Of a stretch of 64,000 nucleotides of DNA, positions 26,197 to 40,230 are shown in pieces (positions within the stretch are counted from its first letter, which is position 1; the number at the start of each line of letters is the position of its first letter). The notes beneath the pieces were generated by a model, which did not search any database, was not told where the DNA came from, and saw only the letters and a list, made by a program, of their open reading frames with translations. The stretch comes from Lama glama (lineage: Eukaryota), in NCBI GenBank assembly GCA_028534125.1, contig CM052817.1, forward strand, positions 33,110,001 to 33,174,000, given 5' to 3'. Both the position numbers and the translations under genes were made by a program.

Positions 26197-26837
26197 AAAA
26201 ACTCCCTTCCTTTCTGATTCCCATCATTCCTTCCCAAAAATCTGTGACTGTATTTCATTATTTTGAAATGTTTCAGTATTTAATGACATTTTTGTACTGT
26301 AAGAGTAGAATATTTCTTTATTACTCCTGATGTTTCCTTCTATGTAGAGGGACAACAAATATCCTAACACTCCTGAGACTGCTTCACCTTCTTCAATCAA
26401 TCACTTTTCCCTGGGCCATCTACTTGTTCTTCCTAGGATAGGTTCTGCCTTTGGAAAGAAGAGAAGAGACTTGCTCTGGTCCAGAGTGTGTAAACTTTTC
26501 AACACTTGGATTTGGCATTAAGAATCTTCATTCATATTTTCTGCTCATGAATATGATTTTACTTTTTAATCTTTATGCCTTTTTCTTCCTTTCTTTATTT
26601 AAGTGGCTGGAACCCTCATTACAATGTAGAATAAAAGTGAATGACAAAAAAAAAGAATCTTTGTTAATGTTCACTGCATCCATAATAAAACTGGTGTTTT
26701 GGTCTCTGCAACTCTTTATCTCATAATCAATTGATTCAGAATCTAGATGGGGAAAGGAGCACTAGTTATTAGATCCCCTCTAACGTTACCATTTCTAACA
26801 CCACCTCACATCAGTCAAACCTAGTACAAACAGGATA

Positions 26838-26937
26838 NNNNNNNNNNNNNNNNNNNNNNNNNNNNNNNNNNNNNNNNNNNNNNNNNNNNNNNNNNNNNNN
26901 NNNNNNNNNNNNNNNNNNNNNNNNNNNNNNNNNNNNN
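26838..26937. other. Assembly gap, exactly 100 N
   Basis: Run of N. Confidence 0.99.
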
Positions 26938-27169
26938 AGGCTGGGCTCCTCCATAGATAGATAGGAGGGTTGAATTTCATGAGAAATATTGTAAGTTTAT
27001 GCTTTTTTGTAGATAGTCCATAACTTTGACCAATTGATCAATAAAGTTCCTTAATTTCAAAAGAGTTAAGAATCATTGTCCACCACAAAGTATAAATTAG
27101 AGTTGAGCCAACAGATAGCAGTGTTATTCCTCTCTACAGGGTTTAAGCATACAGCCCAACTGGCGAGCA

Positions 27170-27570
27170 AATTAACAAACTATGCCACATCTATATACCT
27201 GAATATTACCCATAAATAAGAAGCAATGAACTACTGATACAAGCAACAACATGGATGAATCTCAACTGTATTATACTGTAAGTGAAAGAGGTCACTCAAA
27301 AGGCTAAATACCATATGATTGCATTTATATAATAGCCTTGAAAAGGTAAACTCTAAGGACGGGAAATGGATCCATGATTGCCAGGACTGAGGGTGAGAGG
27401 AGAAGCTGACTACAGGAGCACAAGGGAATTTTTTGGAGTGATGGAACCACTCTTCCATCTTGATTGTAGTGGTGGTTACATGACAATATGTTGTTTGACA
27501 AAACTACACACTATAAAGGATAAATGGTGCTATATGTAATGTACTTTAATAAATTTGACTAGAAAAAAAG
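27170..27570 (+). mobile_element. Old L1 3' end, L1ME/MB-like
   Basis: AATGAACTACTGATAC...AACATGGATGAATCTCA...TCTTGATTGTAGTGGTGGTTACATGAC. Confidence 0.7.
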
Positions 27571-28164
27571 GCAAACAACAACAACAAAAAGACCCACCCC
27601 ATCACCCCTCAAATTTCTATCTTGTAATAAATAAATCCATCCATCACATTATCTACCAGAGAACTCATTCAACAGGAAATCTGTACATGCACTTTTCGTC
27701 CTTAAAAACTTTTTCTGACTCCTAACTGAGCATGAAAATTAAGGCCTTTGGAACATGTCCCCAGTCTCCTTCCTCATCATCTTCATTACCCTTACTTCCT
27801 CATCTCTTACCACTCCCTCAGTCATTCATCCCAACCCTCAAGCACCTTAAGCTCTAATAAAAATTATCTTAAAAGAACTCCCAGAACAACCTATGCTCCT
27901 TCTTCTATCTCTGCAAGCACGGGGAGATTTCAAAAGAACAATGAATGATTCCAGCCTCTGCCTAGACTCATTTTTAAAAATCACTTTCTGGGGTGGTTTA
28001 AATGTGAGAACCAATGGTCTAGAAATGGGCACCCCATAAGAGACTATTTGTACTTAACCACTGTGAAGGCACATAGCATTCATACTAGAATTTGCTAAGC
28101 TTTGTCTTCTTCATTAGACTCTGAGTTCCTCATAGACAGGAGCTTCTACTGTTTGATCTTTATG

Positions 28165-28325
28165 TCAGCACTTCTCAAACTTTACTACACATTCAAATCA
28201 CCTGAGGATCTTGTTACAACACAGGTTCTGATTCCTAAGTCTAGGGTGAGGCCCGGGATTCAGCATTTTTAATTTGCTTCCAATTGGGCATGAGGTTGCC
28301 AGTCCCAATGACATACTTAACAGTG
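28165..28325. mobile_element. MER5A-like hAT-Charlie relic
   Basis: CAGCACTTCTCAAACTTT...AATCACCTGAGGATCTTGTT...GGGTGAGGCCCGGGATTCAGCATTTTTAA. Confidence 0.65.
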
Positions 28326-31300
28326 AGGTTTCATGTCATTATCACCTAGCACAGAGCCTGTAGATAAAAACTGCTCAGTAAACATTACTAAAATGAATCA
28401 AAATCATCCAGGTCATTCTTTACACTCTCCTAAGTAATTGAAATTGTAATGATCTTGCAGGATCATATAAGAGAAATATTTCGCTTACTCCACTTTTTTT
28501 CCCTCCAGGTATAACAGAATATAATTCCTGACAACTAGTTAATTCTAACCAACTCTCATTGACTTTACTGACAGATAACAGGTCAAGTAATAGAATTCTG
28601 CTGGGTTATATGTATGGCAAATTACTCTTGTATTTCTGTTCTTACTCTTATACTTAGGGGGGAAACATACATTTAAAAGAATAAAACATTAAATCATTTT
28701 AAAGGCATATAATTAATCAATAAAAGTACTAATAAACATTTTCCCCATTATGTACCAGGTCAGGCACTGTTCTAGGAGCTAGATGCATTAACTTATTTTA
28801 CCCTCTCAACAACCCTCTGAGTGAGTACTATCATTATCCTCATTTCATAGATCAGGAAACTGAGACCTATTAGTTACAACTTGTCCAAGGACTTATGACT
28901 GGGAAGGGGCAGAGCTAAGACTACTGATACTAGCCACTCACGTCTATTACACAAACTAGATAGTAGTAGCAGCTTCCATATATTGTAATCCCCTCACTTC
29001 TTACGTATACAATCCTGTATAATGTAAATCTGATTGTGTCACATCACAGCTCAAAACCCTCCACCTTTCCTATCATACTTTAGCTTTTAACCTAAGTCTT
29101 TACTTTGTCCTACAATGCATTCCTTCTGCCTGTCTGTCCAACTTCATCTCCTATCACTGCCCTCCTTGCTTGTGGGGCAAGCTGAAGGGAGCCACGCTGG
29201 CCTCTACTGTTTCTCAAACATGTCAAGCATATTCCTACCTCAAGTCCTTTGCATTTGCCATTCCTTGGGTCTTACAGGTTCTACACCAAGACTGTCACAT
29301 GGCCTACTTCATCTCTTCTTTCAGTTTCTGCTCAAATGTCACATCCTCAGAGAGGTCTTCCCTAGCTATAGTATCTAACATGGAAACCCTATCACTTTTT
29401 AATCTCTTATCTACATTAGTTATATATTGAATGAATGAATGGACAGATGGATGGATGGATGATTTCACATGTTTCCAACAGCACTTTAAGGTAGCTATTT
29501 TACCATTCACAAATGAGAAAACCTTCAAAAGCCTCAACGAGGATCAAACAGCAAGTAAGTCACTAAACTAGGACTTGGAGTTATTAGACTGGTCTGGATC
29601 TAACACCAGCAATCTAGTCAGAGTCTTATATGGTTTCTCAGTTGTGTTTCATAACTATGCTTATTTTAAACAGTATCCTCTGGACTCTGAAATGAAGATA
29701 CTAGTTGGTTATTTTGCATTTGGTGAAAAATCACATGGAAGAAAAAAGACTAAGTCACTTTTCTGAACATTAAGGCAGCACCAGAGTTCAACAACTGTTT
29801 TCAGTCTCTGAAGCTGCTAGCTTCTGGACACCATATTAGTATTATCTCTACTATCCAGGTTGAGGAAAGCCTCCAGATGAGAAAGGTTATGAGCACAGGC
29901 TCTGGAGCAAACTGCCAAGGTTCAAACCCTGACTCTGCCACTTATTAGCTTGTAATCTTGGGTGAGTTACTTAACTCCTCCATGTCCCTGTTTCCTCATT
30001 TGTAAAATGGGAAAAATTATAAAAGAATTATTATAAAAATTAAAGAAGTTTATACACGTAAAATGCTGAGAAAAGTAGTATGCTCTCAAATGTTAGCCAT
30101 TATTAATTGTCTCAAAATCCAAGAGTTTAACAAAATAATATAAAACTACACCTTAAAGCCAATATAAATGTACCATTATATCATAATCCCCAGATTAAGA
30201 ACCACCCATTGGATTGGGAATTAATCTTTAATTGAATGGATTTAATTTAAAACTAAATTACATGAAACTAAAATTTACATGAAACTAAAACTCAGGAGAA
30301 TTGAACCAAGAAAGGAAATTTAATTCCCAGAGTTACCGCCACTGCTATCTTTTGATCTTGAATATGTAGACTATCAACAAAGCACTCCAGTCGATCTCAA
30401 GAGCCAGAAAAGAATGGAAAGAAAACCAGATTCAAATCTTTTAGAGATTCATCAATCATGTCTACCTTTTCAATTGCCCCTTGAAACAAATCAGAAGCCA
30501 GAATAGTCCATGGTATGTTGTATTTAAATCCCCTACACAAACATGCCTGAAGCACTCGGCAGGAACGCAATCTTCTGTGTGGTCTAGACATGGTAGAAGT
30601 ATGCCAAAATCATAGTAACAGACACTAGTGGCCATCTACTTCTCAAACAACTATAATAAACTTTCTATATTTTTAAGCCCTGAGAACAAGGCTTCAGGGA
30701 AGCAAGGAACTTACCTATCTTGTTCACCACTGTTTCCCTAGACCTGGAATAATGCTTAGCACACAGTAGGCACTCAATAAATATTTACTGAAAATAAATA
30801 AAACAACTATTAGACAATGTGATGTTACTTTCAGCAAAGATGATGACAAAAAGGTGAGAAATTTATCTATATTGTATGCATGATATTAACACTGTCAAAT
30901 ATTTATGAACTATTGGAGGTTATTTTTGTTAGTGCCAATTTTACATCTAAGAAGTATACATAAGCATATAAATCTTCTAATGGTAAATCATCAAGTATGG
31001 CACCCAAAATATTTAACAACAAACAACAAATTAATATACTATGCATATAAATTAACATCTAAATCAAAAACTAAAAATATATTTCCTTTTGGTCACTATA
31101 TTAAAACTGCTGTCTTGTAATTTAAATTGAAATTCAAACCATTCAAGTCATTTCAGTAATTTCCAATTACCTGTTGATTTTTTAGAACTTGTTGGCATAA
31201 TCTGCTGCAGCTATCCCTGGCTAAATAATGCCCCAATGTAAGCCACAACGTGATGTAAGAAACCACACCAAATACTTGTAAAAACAAATTCTTATAACAA

Positions 31301-33204
31301 CAAGTCATGAGAACCCCAGCTCTTTGTGCTTCTTGCATCCAGGACACATCAGTAAACAATTTGAATATGATGATCACTTATGGTCCTGGACACCAGAGCC
31401 TGGACCAAGGTCGAAAAGCTCTCATGCCAACAATAACGCCCCAACACCATGTACTCTACCCTATCCAATTTTGGGCCACCCTGGAGCAGAGGACAAGTGC
31501 TGCACCTCTACAACCATCACTAGCAGCATGAACTCTCTCCACTGCCTCAGAGCCCTCAGCACCTCTGGGGGTCAGCTGTATCCACACCAGGATGCTCCTA
31601 GGCCCTATCACACGCCTCCACAGGGCAACAGTATTTGGTGACCTGTGGTCTCAACAAGTAGAGAATTTCTCTTTACTTACTATTACAGGAGCATTTTAGT
31701 ATTTAAAACACAAGTTTGACGATACAGCCATGTACCACTGAAAATCAACCCTGAGGATTACCAATATGGAATCATAACACTATGTTGAAACATCTCTGAC
31801 ACAAATCAACCATAAACTGATCATTCAGAAGATAGTTTGGAGGGTTTTCCAAAAGGTATTCATTAAAGACTTCAATTTATAAATTATTAGAACCACAGTA
31901 ACAAATTTGTTCCAATTAGATCTATCCTCCAAAGTCTACCTTTCATCAACCAGCAATAATTTTGATCCTTTCTGAAGAAGAGTATGTCATAATTTTAAAA
32001 TGGGAAGTAGTTCATGGACCTTTTCTTGGCTATAGTATGCCAAAGATGATTGGTTTCAAAGGGGACTACAAATCAAACTTTGTTCCATGCACCAGTAGAT
32101 TGGCAAATGTGCTGGGCCCCAGGGACATCCCCTTATCCCACCCACTCTGGCTTCCCTTTATCCCCTATCCCACCAGGTCACTGCTGCTGCCACAGGCGAC
32201 CTCTCTCCACTCGGGAGATCTCAACCAATGTGAGCTCTGACATCCTGGGCCTGGTCAGTGCTTTACTCCATGCGTGGATAGCTACCTTGCTTACCCCACA
32301 CTGATGCTTTTAAATTCAACTATTCAGGAAGGTAGGAAAGAAGCAGAGCCCTTATAATTTTAAAGGTACTTGGGAAATACCTCAAGGAACTTTAGAAAGT
32401 TTCATTCTCATTGCGTTATTATCACCTTGTATAATTCTCTCAGCATTCTACTGAAAATGATACTCACATGGTTCCTCCTAAACTCTTGACAAAGTAGATG
32501 AATTTTTCTTTCTCTTTTTACCTGTTGCCTTGAATCTATCCAGAGAAACCTCCCACTTGCTCCTTTTGAAAAATGCCCCTCTCAATATTAAATATTCTTT
32601 CACTTGATCTCCTGTACCTAAAATGTCTTCTCCCATACCAATCTGCTTACTGAGTACCTTCACTAATTTAAAGAAAACTCTGGAAGCCCACCTACTGACA
32701 GAGGATCCTAGACAAATATGAAGTGAGGACTTTAACAACACAACACTAACAACTCTGACAATTCAGAAAACAAAAGATGCTGACCTTGGACATTAATAGA
32801 ATGTTGGAGCAATCCTGTCACATCTGGTGTATTATTTGATGTTTATGGGTTTTTTTTTTCAGTAAAGAACAACTTCAGAGCCTCAAATCTTCATTCTTGA
32901 AATGGTAAATAACACTTAACTCACCTAATTTGTTGAGGAGATCAAATAAGGTAATGTGGAAATGATTTTTATCCATTAAATAGTCACATAAATATGATTA
33001 GTTAATAATACTATTTCTTTCCTCAAAAATTACTGTGGGCTCAAAGTGTCAAATTTTAGAATATTTAGAAGATGTGTGCCTTGCTGCACACTCACTGCAT
33101 TTGTGAATAACTACTGATGCAACTTAGGAGTCTCAGAAATATTTTCAACCAGAAAAAATGAGTACATTAGCCTCAATGAATATCCAGTTGGCAGTAATCT
33201 TTCA

Positions 33205-33760
33205 CTAACCTGTTCATTCATCCATTCATTCAAAAATATTTATTGAATACCCACTATTTTCACAGCACTCTTCTGAGTGCTAGTTAATATACAGGAAACA
33301 AAATAGAGCCCTTTCCCTCAGGAGCTTCCATTCAAATGGAAGGAAACAGGCAACAATCAATTAGCATGTTAGGAAGTCATAAAGACAATGACAAATAAAG
33401 TGGGGTAAGGGGTTGGACAGTATCTAAAGAAAGTGGTCAGAGAAGGCTTGTCTGAGGAGACGTGAGTGGAGATTCAAAGGAAGTGAGCGGGAAAGCCATG
33501 TGAACACCTGAAGGAAGAACACTCCCCGCTGAGCCGCAGAACTTCAAAGGCCCTACGGCTGGGACAGATGTGGCGTGTTGAGAAATGGCGAGGCAGCCAG
33601 CGTGCCAGGAGAGCAGTGTGTGAGGGGAGATCAGCAAGAGAGGAGCTGGGAGAGGTACACACAGACAGGTCATATATGGCCTTGAAAACAAAACTAAGGA
33701 ACTTGGATTGGATAGTGGGTGTGATGGGAAGACTGTGAGCAAGCAAATAATATGTCAGTT
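33205..33760. mobile_element. L2 fragment. Many more L2 relics, e.g. about 1130-1720, 8000-9420, 29020-29450, 37630-38450, 40230-41850, 44200-44650 and 59380-59990
   Basis: L2 terminal motif TTCATTCATCCATTCATTCAAAAATATTTATTGA followed by L2 body. Boundaries approximate. Confidence 0.65.
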
Positions 33761-35865
33761 TTGTGTTTTGATGGGGTCACACAAGAAACTGCAGTATCTG
33801 TATGTCTTTTGTACTTCTTTAATATTATTTTTAAAAACTATTTGCATCCTCTACTCTGCTGTGACAAATGGTGCCTTGAGACTGAGCAAAATGAATCCTA
33901 ATATTTTAACAATGGATTTGGCGATACAGAGGCCACTGGTGATCTTGACAAAGGATGTTTCAGGTGAGTTCTCAGGGGGAAATAAACCTAACTAAAGTGA
34001 AGGCAAAATTGAAACAGATGACTGTAGAGATAGCAAGTATAGACAAATTTCTAAGTTTGCTGTAAGACGGAGCGAAAATGAAAACGAAGTAGGAGGAGCC
34101 CAAGGGGTCAAGAAAGGATGTGGTCCATTCAGTTTGTATGTTGATGGGGGAAATCCATAAGAAAAACTTTTTAAAAAAATGATGACCTAGGAAAGAGGGA
34201 GGGTATTTGAAAGAGATAAACCTATGAGAGATGTGAAAAAGGAAAGGATGTAGTCTGCAAGGGTGGAAAAGTTGGCACTAAATAGTACCAGGGAGAGTAC
34301 ATCTTCTCTAAATATGAAGGAAAGAAAGAAAAATATGTGAGTACAGATGTAGAAAGGTTGGTAGATTTGGTGATGGGAAGACACAGAAGTTTTTTACCGG
34401 CTTATATTTTCTCAGTGATATAAAAACAAGAAAGCTGAGGGGTGAGTGTGGGGAGGGAGATCTAGAGGGAATGACAACTTTGTCTTTCTATGTGCTCTTA
34501 GTTTCTAAATCATTCCTGACTGCTTCATTTTATAAGCTTTTACAGGGCAAAAGCTATGCTTACCCTGTTTTTTCTGTATTTAGAAGAGCCAGATACAAGA
34601 AAGAGATGCATGATATGCAAAGGAGTAGTTGCTATGATGCTGGACAGTCAGGACATTAAAGTTTGCCTAACTGGAGTCCGGCAGGGTGGAGGAGGACACA
34701 AAAATATGTGACCTTGATTAATTATGAAACAATATGTCATATTTTGGGCAGAAAGAAATAGAAGTATAAGCAGTATATACCTCACACCCAAAAACAAACA
34801 TATACTTATCAGGTGTTTTTATTCGTCTGAGAGTTCGGGAGTGTTTACAATGATTACTTTTATTTAAATCACACTTACAGACTGAACACCTGATTTTTCC
34901 AGTGACATGATTAAGCTTACATCTCAGTATTACCATTTAGCTTACTTTCTATTTTATGACCTGAAAATTAATCTTATAAAGTCAAAAACTGCAATTATTG
35001 TGGTTTTTTAACTTCATTCAACTTTTTTTTAAAAAACTTACTGAAGGTAATGCTTACCAGTGTCAGCTTCCTGATTATTCTCCCTGAACCTGAAACTTCC
35101 CAGCCTATACTACCAGCAGGATTATATCTACCTAATTAAAGAACAATAAAGTTGATCTTTGAAAATAAATGCTCATGTCAAGTATCATAAAATGTTTTTC
35201 CTTCACCTATTTTAAGGGTAACATTTGCTACTAATGTGTATAAATAATATATTATTACAACTTGGGATTATCTACCCAATCCTCAATAGAACGAGAGCTA
35301 AGAATAAATCAACAAACATTTGAAAATATTTTCTACAATTCTATTTAATCTCATTTTCTAGTGAAATTTCACTTCAGCCTCACATATTAACACTCATTTA
35401 AAGAAACCTGAAACTGAACTAACTGTAATATTTTCATGTTTTGTTGTACAGGTTCCCTCCACTTGGTCATCTGTTAATACTTCAACAACTTAAAACCCTC
35501 TTATGAAGGATTGTTGAGAATACTGATATCTACACATTTCTGAAAGGTTGCCAGATGGACATTTCATTCTCCCTATGTCAGCATAAGTGTTTCCAATCAC
35601 TGGGCTAGTTGCAGTTGTTTTGTTTAATAAGGGGAAGTGCACACTGAGGATGTATTTATCCATTACAGAATTTAACAAATTGATTTTAATTGCCAACTTG
35701 CTTGTCTGTGTCTACCTCCAGACAATGAACTGTGGGATCAAGGACTGTGTCCGTCTAGTTCTTCTTTAAATCCTCAATCTGACACATAGGAAGAGGTAAA
35801 TAAAATATATGCTGAATCAGTGAAAATCCCAGCACTTTGAAGCCCTCCACAGCAACGCCACTTAC

Positions 35866-36703
35866 CTGTGAGATCCAGAGTTCTGTCCACAAACACCACT
35901 GATGCCCTGCCTGTGGCAGTCCTCCTTCTGTTTTTGGCGGGAGCAAAATTGGCCAGATCTGCAGCGATGATTCGACTGAGGGAACCTACAGCAAAACACT
36001 CCTCCCGTACCCCTAAATGCTCACACAGGGAACTAAGGCCTGACACCAGACACCTGATCTGCAGCAGCAGCTCAGGGGTCAGGGCAGTGGCATCCACCTC
36101 ACCCAGGCTTCCTAGCCTCCTCTTGTCTGGTCGGGCACTGTTGAGGATTTGCACATCCTGGGGTAACAGTGGGAAAAGAGAAGCAAAAGCTGGAGTCAAG
36201 GCAAGGTGGGGAGCAGCAGGAGCGAGTAACAACGGGACGTGTAGCACCTCAGCAGTGTAGTTCATGTTGCCCATCCACTCGCACAGTTTCTCCTCCAGTT
36301 GCTCGAACACCGGCTGCTGCCCTTCCAACTCCGCCGCTGCCGCTGCCGGCACGTGATTAGCCGTGAGGTGGACTGCGTGGTTCACAGCCGTGACCACCAC
36401 ACAATACTGGAAGTGACTGCGGCAGATGATGCCCCTTAGGGTCTCCACGGTCCGGCCTTTCAGCAAGCAGCTCAACACAAACACCGCCTTGGGCTGCTCG
36501 GCTCCGCCACCAACTGCGGCGGGCTCGAACTCCCGCAGGTAACACGCAGGGCTCCCCACGGCCTCCAGCAGCCGCGAGGCTCCGCAGCCCCAGTGCAGGC
36601 TCTCGGCGCAGGCGGTGTCCAGGTAGACCACAGCCCGTTTCACCTTGGCCAGCACCTGCTCCCAGGCCTGCTGCGTAAAGGACAGAACGCCCGGGGTGCT
36701 CAT
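35866..36703 (-). CDS. SCFD2: SCFD2 (Sec1 family domain-containing 2) coding exon 1, 838 nt, ends in phase 1
   Basis: ATG at 36703 in context CCAGCCATGA. The translation MSTPGVLSFTQQAWEQVLAKVKRAVVYLD...RASVVFVDRTLDLT is recognisable as the SCFD2 N-terminus. Canonical donor ACAG|GTAAGT at 35866/35865. The ORF-track residues after DLTG are intronic read-through. Confidence 0.95.
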
Positions 36704-36965
36704 GGCTGGGGATTCGCAGACTCGGGGTTCCGAGTGCTGGTACTTCTCTCAGAACTTAACAGTCCGGGAATTGGGGTCCCCGAAATATTGACAGTCAACA
36801 CAGTACACGTGGGGCCGCCTCTGACTTGTCCAGTGTGGGCGCACGACAACGACGTCACTGAGCCTGATTGGCTAGGGAGGATGCCCGTCGCGGAAGAATG
36901 GTGAGATCTGGGAAGAAATGGGCGGGGCCCCGGAGTCCTGGGGCGCCTCGAAAGTTCCCGGAAGG
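36220..36965 (-). promoter_or_regulatory. SCFD2 CpG island and promoter
   Basis: CpG-rich stretch over exon 1 and upstream. E-box CACGTG 36806-36811, CRE-like TGACGTCG (minus) 36850-36857, CCAAT (minus) 36867-36871, GC box 36920-36928, ETS-like CGGAAG at about 36891 and 36959. Boundaries approximate. Confidence 0.8.
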
Positions 36966-38464
36966 AAGAAGGAGCTGCCTATGAGATAACTGAGGTATTT
37001 TTTTTCCATCTCCCTCCCGCTCAGACGCTGCTCCTTGAGTAATCTCAGGGATGATAAAACCTAATTCGAAATTTGATATTTTTCCTTGAATCTGAACATA
37101 TCTCTTTAAGAGGACAGCCACGTTGCCCAGCTAAACTAACGGCAGCCAGAGAAGACAAAAGCAACCGACTGCTGTGTGATGTTTTATAGTTTATATATTT
37201 CTGTCACATACATTATTGGACACAAGCGTCTAACAAACATACCAGTTTCACCTATACTTTCTCCATCTTCCGTCATCTCATAGGCACCAAATCTTGATCT
37301 GCTTCAAAAATCTGGAATCCAGCCCTTCTCCCTATCCATACTTGCTGTCACTGCCTTAGTCCACCATCATCGCTCAACTGGACAACAGCAGTGATCCCCC
37401 ATCATTTCCCAATTTTCCATCTCTTGTCCCTCCGATTCAGATATCTTTATCCAACCATTTTTTTCTGCTTGAAAGCCTCTCGTGACCAAATTGCCTACAG
37501 GATACAACCAGACACTAATGGCACCAAAAACCTTCATGATTTCTCAGTTTCTCTCCAGCCACTCCCATGTTAGAACATGAAATACCTGCATAATGAAGGC
37601 AACAGATTGAGCCCAGAATGTTTCAGAACTTCATTCAATGAGTATTTATTAAGCACTTAATAAGTGTAATCACTGCTCTAGGCTCCAAAGATGCAGTGGT
37701 TAATAAGATCTATTACTTGATTCATGAAAAATGTACACTTCTGCTAAGTACTTGCCATATCATAGGGTAAGTTTTAACATACCTGTTTTCCTTCCCGTAT
37801 TTGTTCTCCTAGATGGTGCACCAGAGACCCAGAATCCCCAACACTAGAAAATAACAGGTATTCAATAAATGTTTGTTGAATAAATTTTCAATTCATATCA
37901 ATCTAATAAATAATATATTCAACCAGCTTTTAATGGACATGTACAATATTCCAGTCACTGTGGATAGGCACTGAGAATATAAATAAAGCCACAGTCTTGC
38001 CTTCAAAGTAATCTGAAATAAAAGTACCCACACATGTAAAGCAAGAAAATGCAATCAAATGTTACAAGAGCAACGATTTTTTAAAAAAAAATGTTTAAGT
38101 GTTGCAAATTGGTAAAAATAAATTCTGACTAAGTGAAGGAAAAAAGGAAGTGGTCAAAAGTTTCATATAGGACATGAATTTTGAGTTTCCTTCAAAGAAA
38201 ACCAGGTGCTCACCAGGTGTACAGGATGGGGAGGAGTGAACCTGACCTCCTAGGCAAAGAGTGCAGCATGAACAAATATGTAGAAGTATGAAAACTTACA
38301 ACGTGTTCTCTAGAGCTACAAATGGTTTAGTACAGCTTGAATGTATTGTTTAAACAGAGGCCCATGAAGAAATAGAGCTAGGAACTAGAAAAGAAGGGAC
38401 TAGATCAGAGTGAGTCTCATTTTTCATTCTGACTAGCAGCAAACGATGGAGAACTATTAAAGTA

Positions 38465-38778
38465 CAATCATCCCTTGATATCCTTGAGGAATTGGTTCCA
38501 GGACACCTCCTACCAAGATACCAAAATTTCAGATGCTCAAGTAACCTATATAAAATGGCATAGGATTTGCATATAACCCATAAACTGTATACTTTAAGTC
38601 AGCTTTAGATTACTTATAATACCTAATAACAATGTCAATTCTATGTGAATAGTTGTTGGTGCATGGTAAATTCAGGTTTTGCTTTTTGGAACTTTCTGGA
38701 ATTCTTTTTCAAATATTTTCCACCCAAGGTTGGTTGAATCCATGGCTGAGGAACTTGTCAAAATGGAGGGCCTGAGTG
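38465..38778. mobile_element. Tigger/MER2-like TcMar DNA transposon, non-autonomous
   Basis: TA-flanked; GAATTGGTTCCAGGAC...GATACCAAAAT...GATGCTCAAGT...TTAGATTACTTATAATACCTAAT...GGTTGGTTGAATCC...GGAGGGCC. Confidence 0.8.
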
Positions 38779-39169
38779 TATTTTTAGGAGTGGAAATAAT
38801 TTGTTCATAGCTGGAGTTTACGGGGGGAAAAAAGGTTGTAAATGGAAAATAATTTGAATGGAGTAAGAGTTAGGGCAGGGAGAGGAGTTAGAAAACAGTA
38901 AAAGCAATGACTCTAGGTGAGAGTATATAAGGGTACTGAGAAAAGGGGGTAGGCATCGTGGGATTTTTGAAGAGATGTCAAAAGACCCAAGAAGCCTGGT
39001 GACCATAATGACAAAGAGAGAGGCAAAGGGAAAAATGCCCCAGTTTTCTGCCTGGGTGACTAGTAAGTGGCAGTCACTGAGATTTGAAAAAATAAAATAG
39101 AAGCATAAGCATATCAGGGAATAAATTACTGAGTTTGGTTGGGACATACTTTTGTTTGTCTATATGTCT

Positions 39170-40230
39170 GTTTTTTTAATTGTGGGAAAGTACATGAAAT
39201 TTACCATCTTAACCATTTTTAAGTGCACGGTTCTGAAATTAAGCATTTTCACATTGTTATGCAACCAATCTTTAGAACTTTTTTGTCTTTGGAAACTGAA
39301 ACTATACCCATTAGCAACAACTCTCCATTCCTCCTTCCCCCTGGCAACCATCATTCTACTTTCTGTTTCTATGAGTTGACTATTCTAGGTCCCTCATATA
39401 ATTAGAATCATACAATTATTTGTGTTTCTGTGACTGGCTTATTTCTCTTAGCATTAATATCCTCAAAGTTCATCCATGTTATATAGCAGAATTTTCTTCT
39501 TTTTTAAGGCTGAATAATATTCCATTGTATATACTGCTATGTATACCACATTTTATTCATTTATTCACCAGCCAATGGACATTTGGATTGCTTTCACATT
39601 TTGGCAATTGTGAATAATACTGCTAGGAACATGAGTATACAAATATTTATTTGAGACCTTGCTTTCCATTCTTGTGGATATATACCTAGAAGTAGAACTG
39701 CTGGATCATACAGTAATTCTATTTTTAATTTTTCTGAGGACCCTCTGTTTCCATAGCTGCTATACCATTTTACTTTCTTACCGACAGTGTACGAGCATTC
39801 TAATTTCCCCAAGTTCTTGCTAACACTTGTTATTTTCTGTTATTGTGCAGGCTTTTTGCATTTTTATTGAAGTATAGTTGATTTACGATGTTTCAGATTT
39901 ACAGCAAAGTGATTCAGTTATACATATGTATGCATATATATATTCCTTTTCATATTGTTTTCCATTATAGGTTATTACAAGCTATTGAATATAGTTCCCT
40001 ATGTTATAAAGTAGGTCCTTGTTGTATATCTATTTTATATATAGTAGTGTATATATGTTAATCCCAAATTCTTGATTTACCCCTCCCCTCTACACCCTTC
40101 CCCCTTTGGTAACCATAAGTTTGTTTTCTATGTCTTTGAATCTATTTCTGTTTTGTAAATAAGTTCATTTGTGTCATTTTTTTAAGATTCTAGCTGTTGT
40201 TGTTTTGATAGTAGACATTCTAATGGGAGT
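39170..40230 (-). mobile_element. L1MB-like element with a younger L1 3' end nested at about 39860-40190
   Basis: Reverse L1 3' motifs. The nested piece (TTTTTATTGAAGTATAGTTGATTTAC...CTTTGGTAACCATAAGTTTG...TTTTTAAGATTC) resembles the family at 1785. Confidence 0.8.

Noticed and set aside
30255..30290. Short tandem duplication TTACATGAAACTAAAA x2 (similar case at about 63318-63348)
   Set aside because: Ordinary slippage duplications; two copies only, not an array.
35774..35865. C-terminal extension of the 309-aa ORF
   Set aside because: It lies past the strong GTAAGT donor and is intronic read-through; exon 2 continues the real frame.
35868..36904. Plus-strand ORFs (130, 63 and 103 aa) over SCFD2 exon 1
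   Set aside because: Antisense shadows of a GC-rich coding exon; no recognisable protein.
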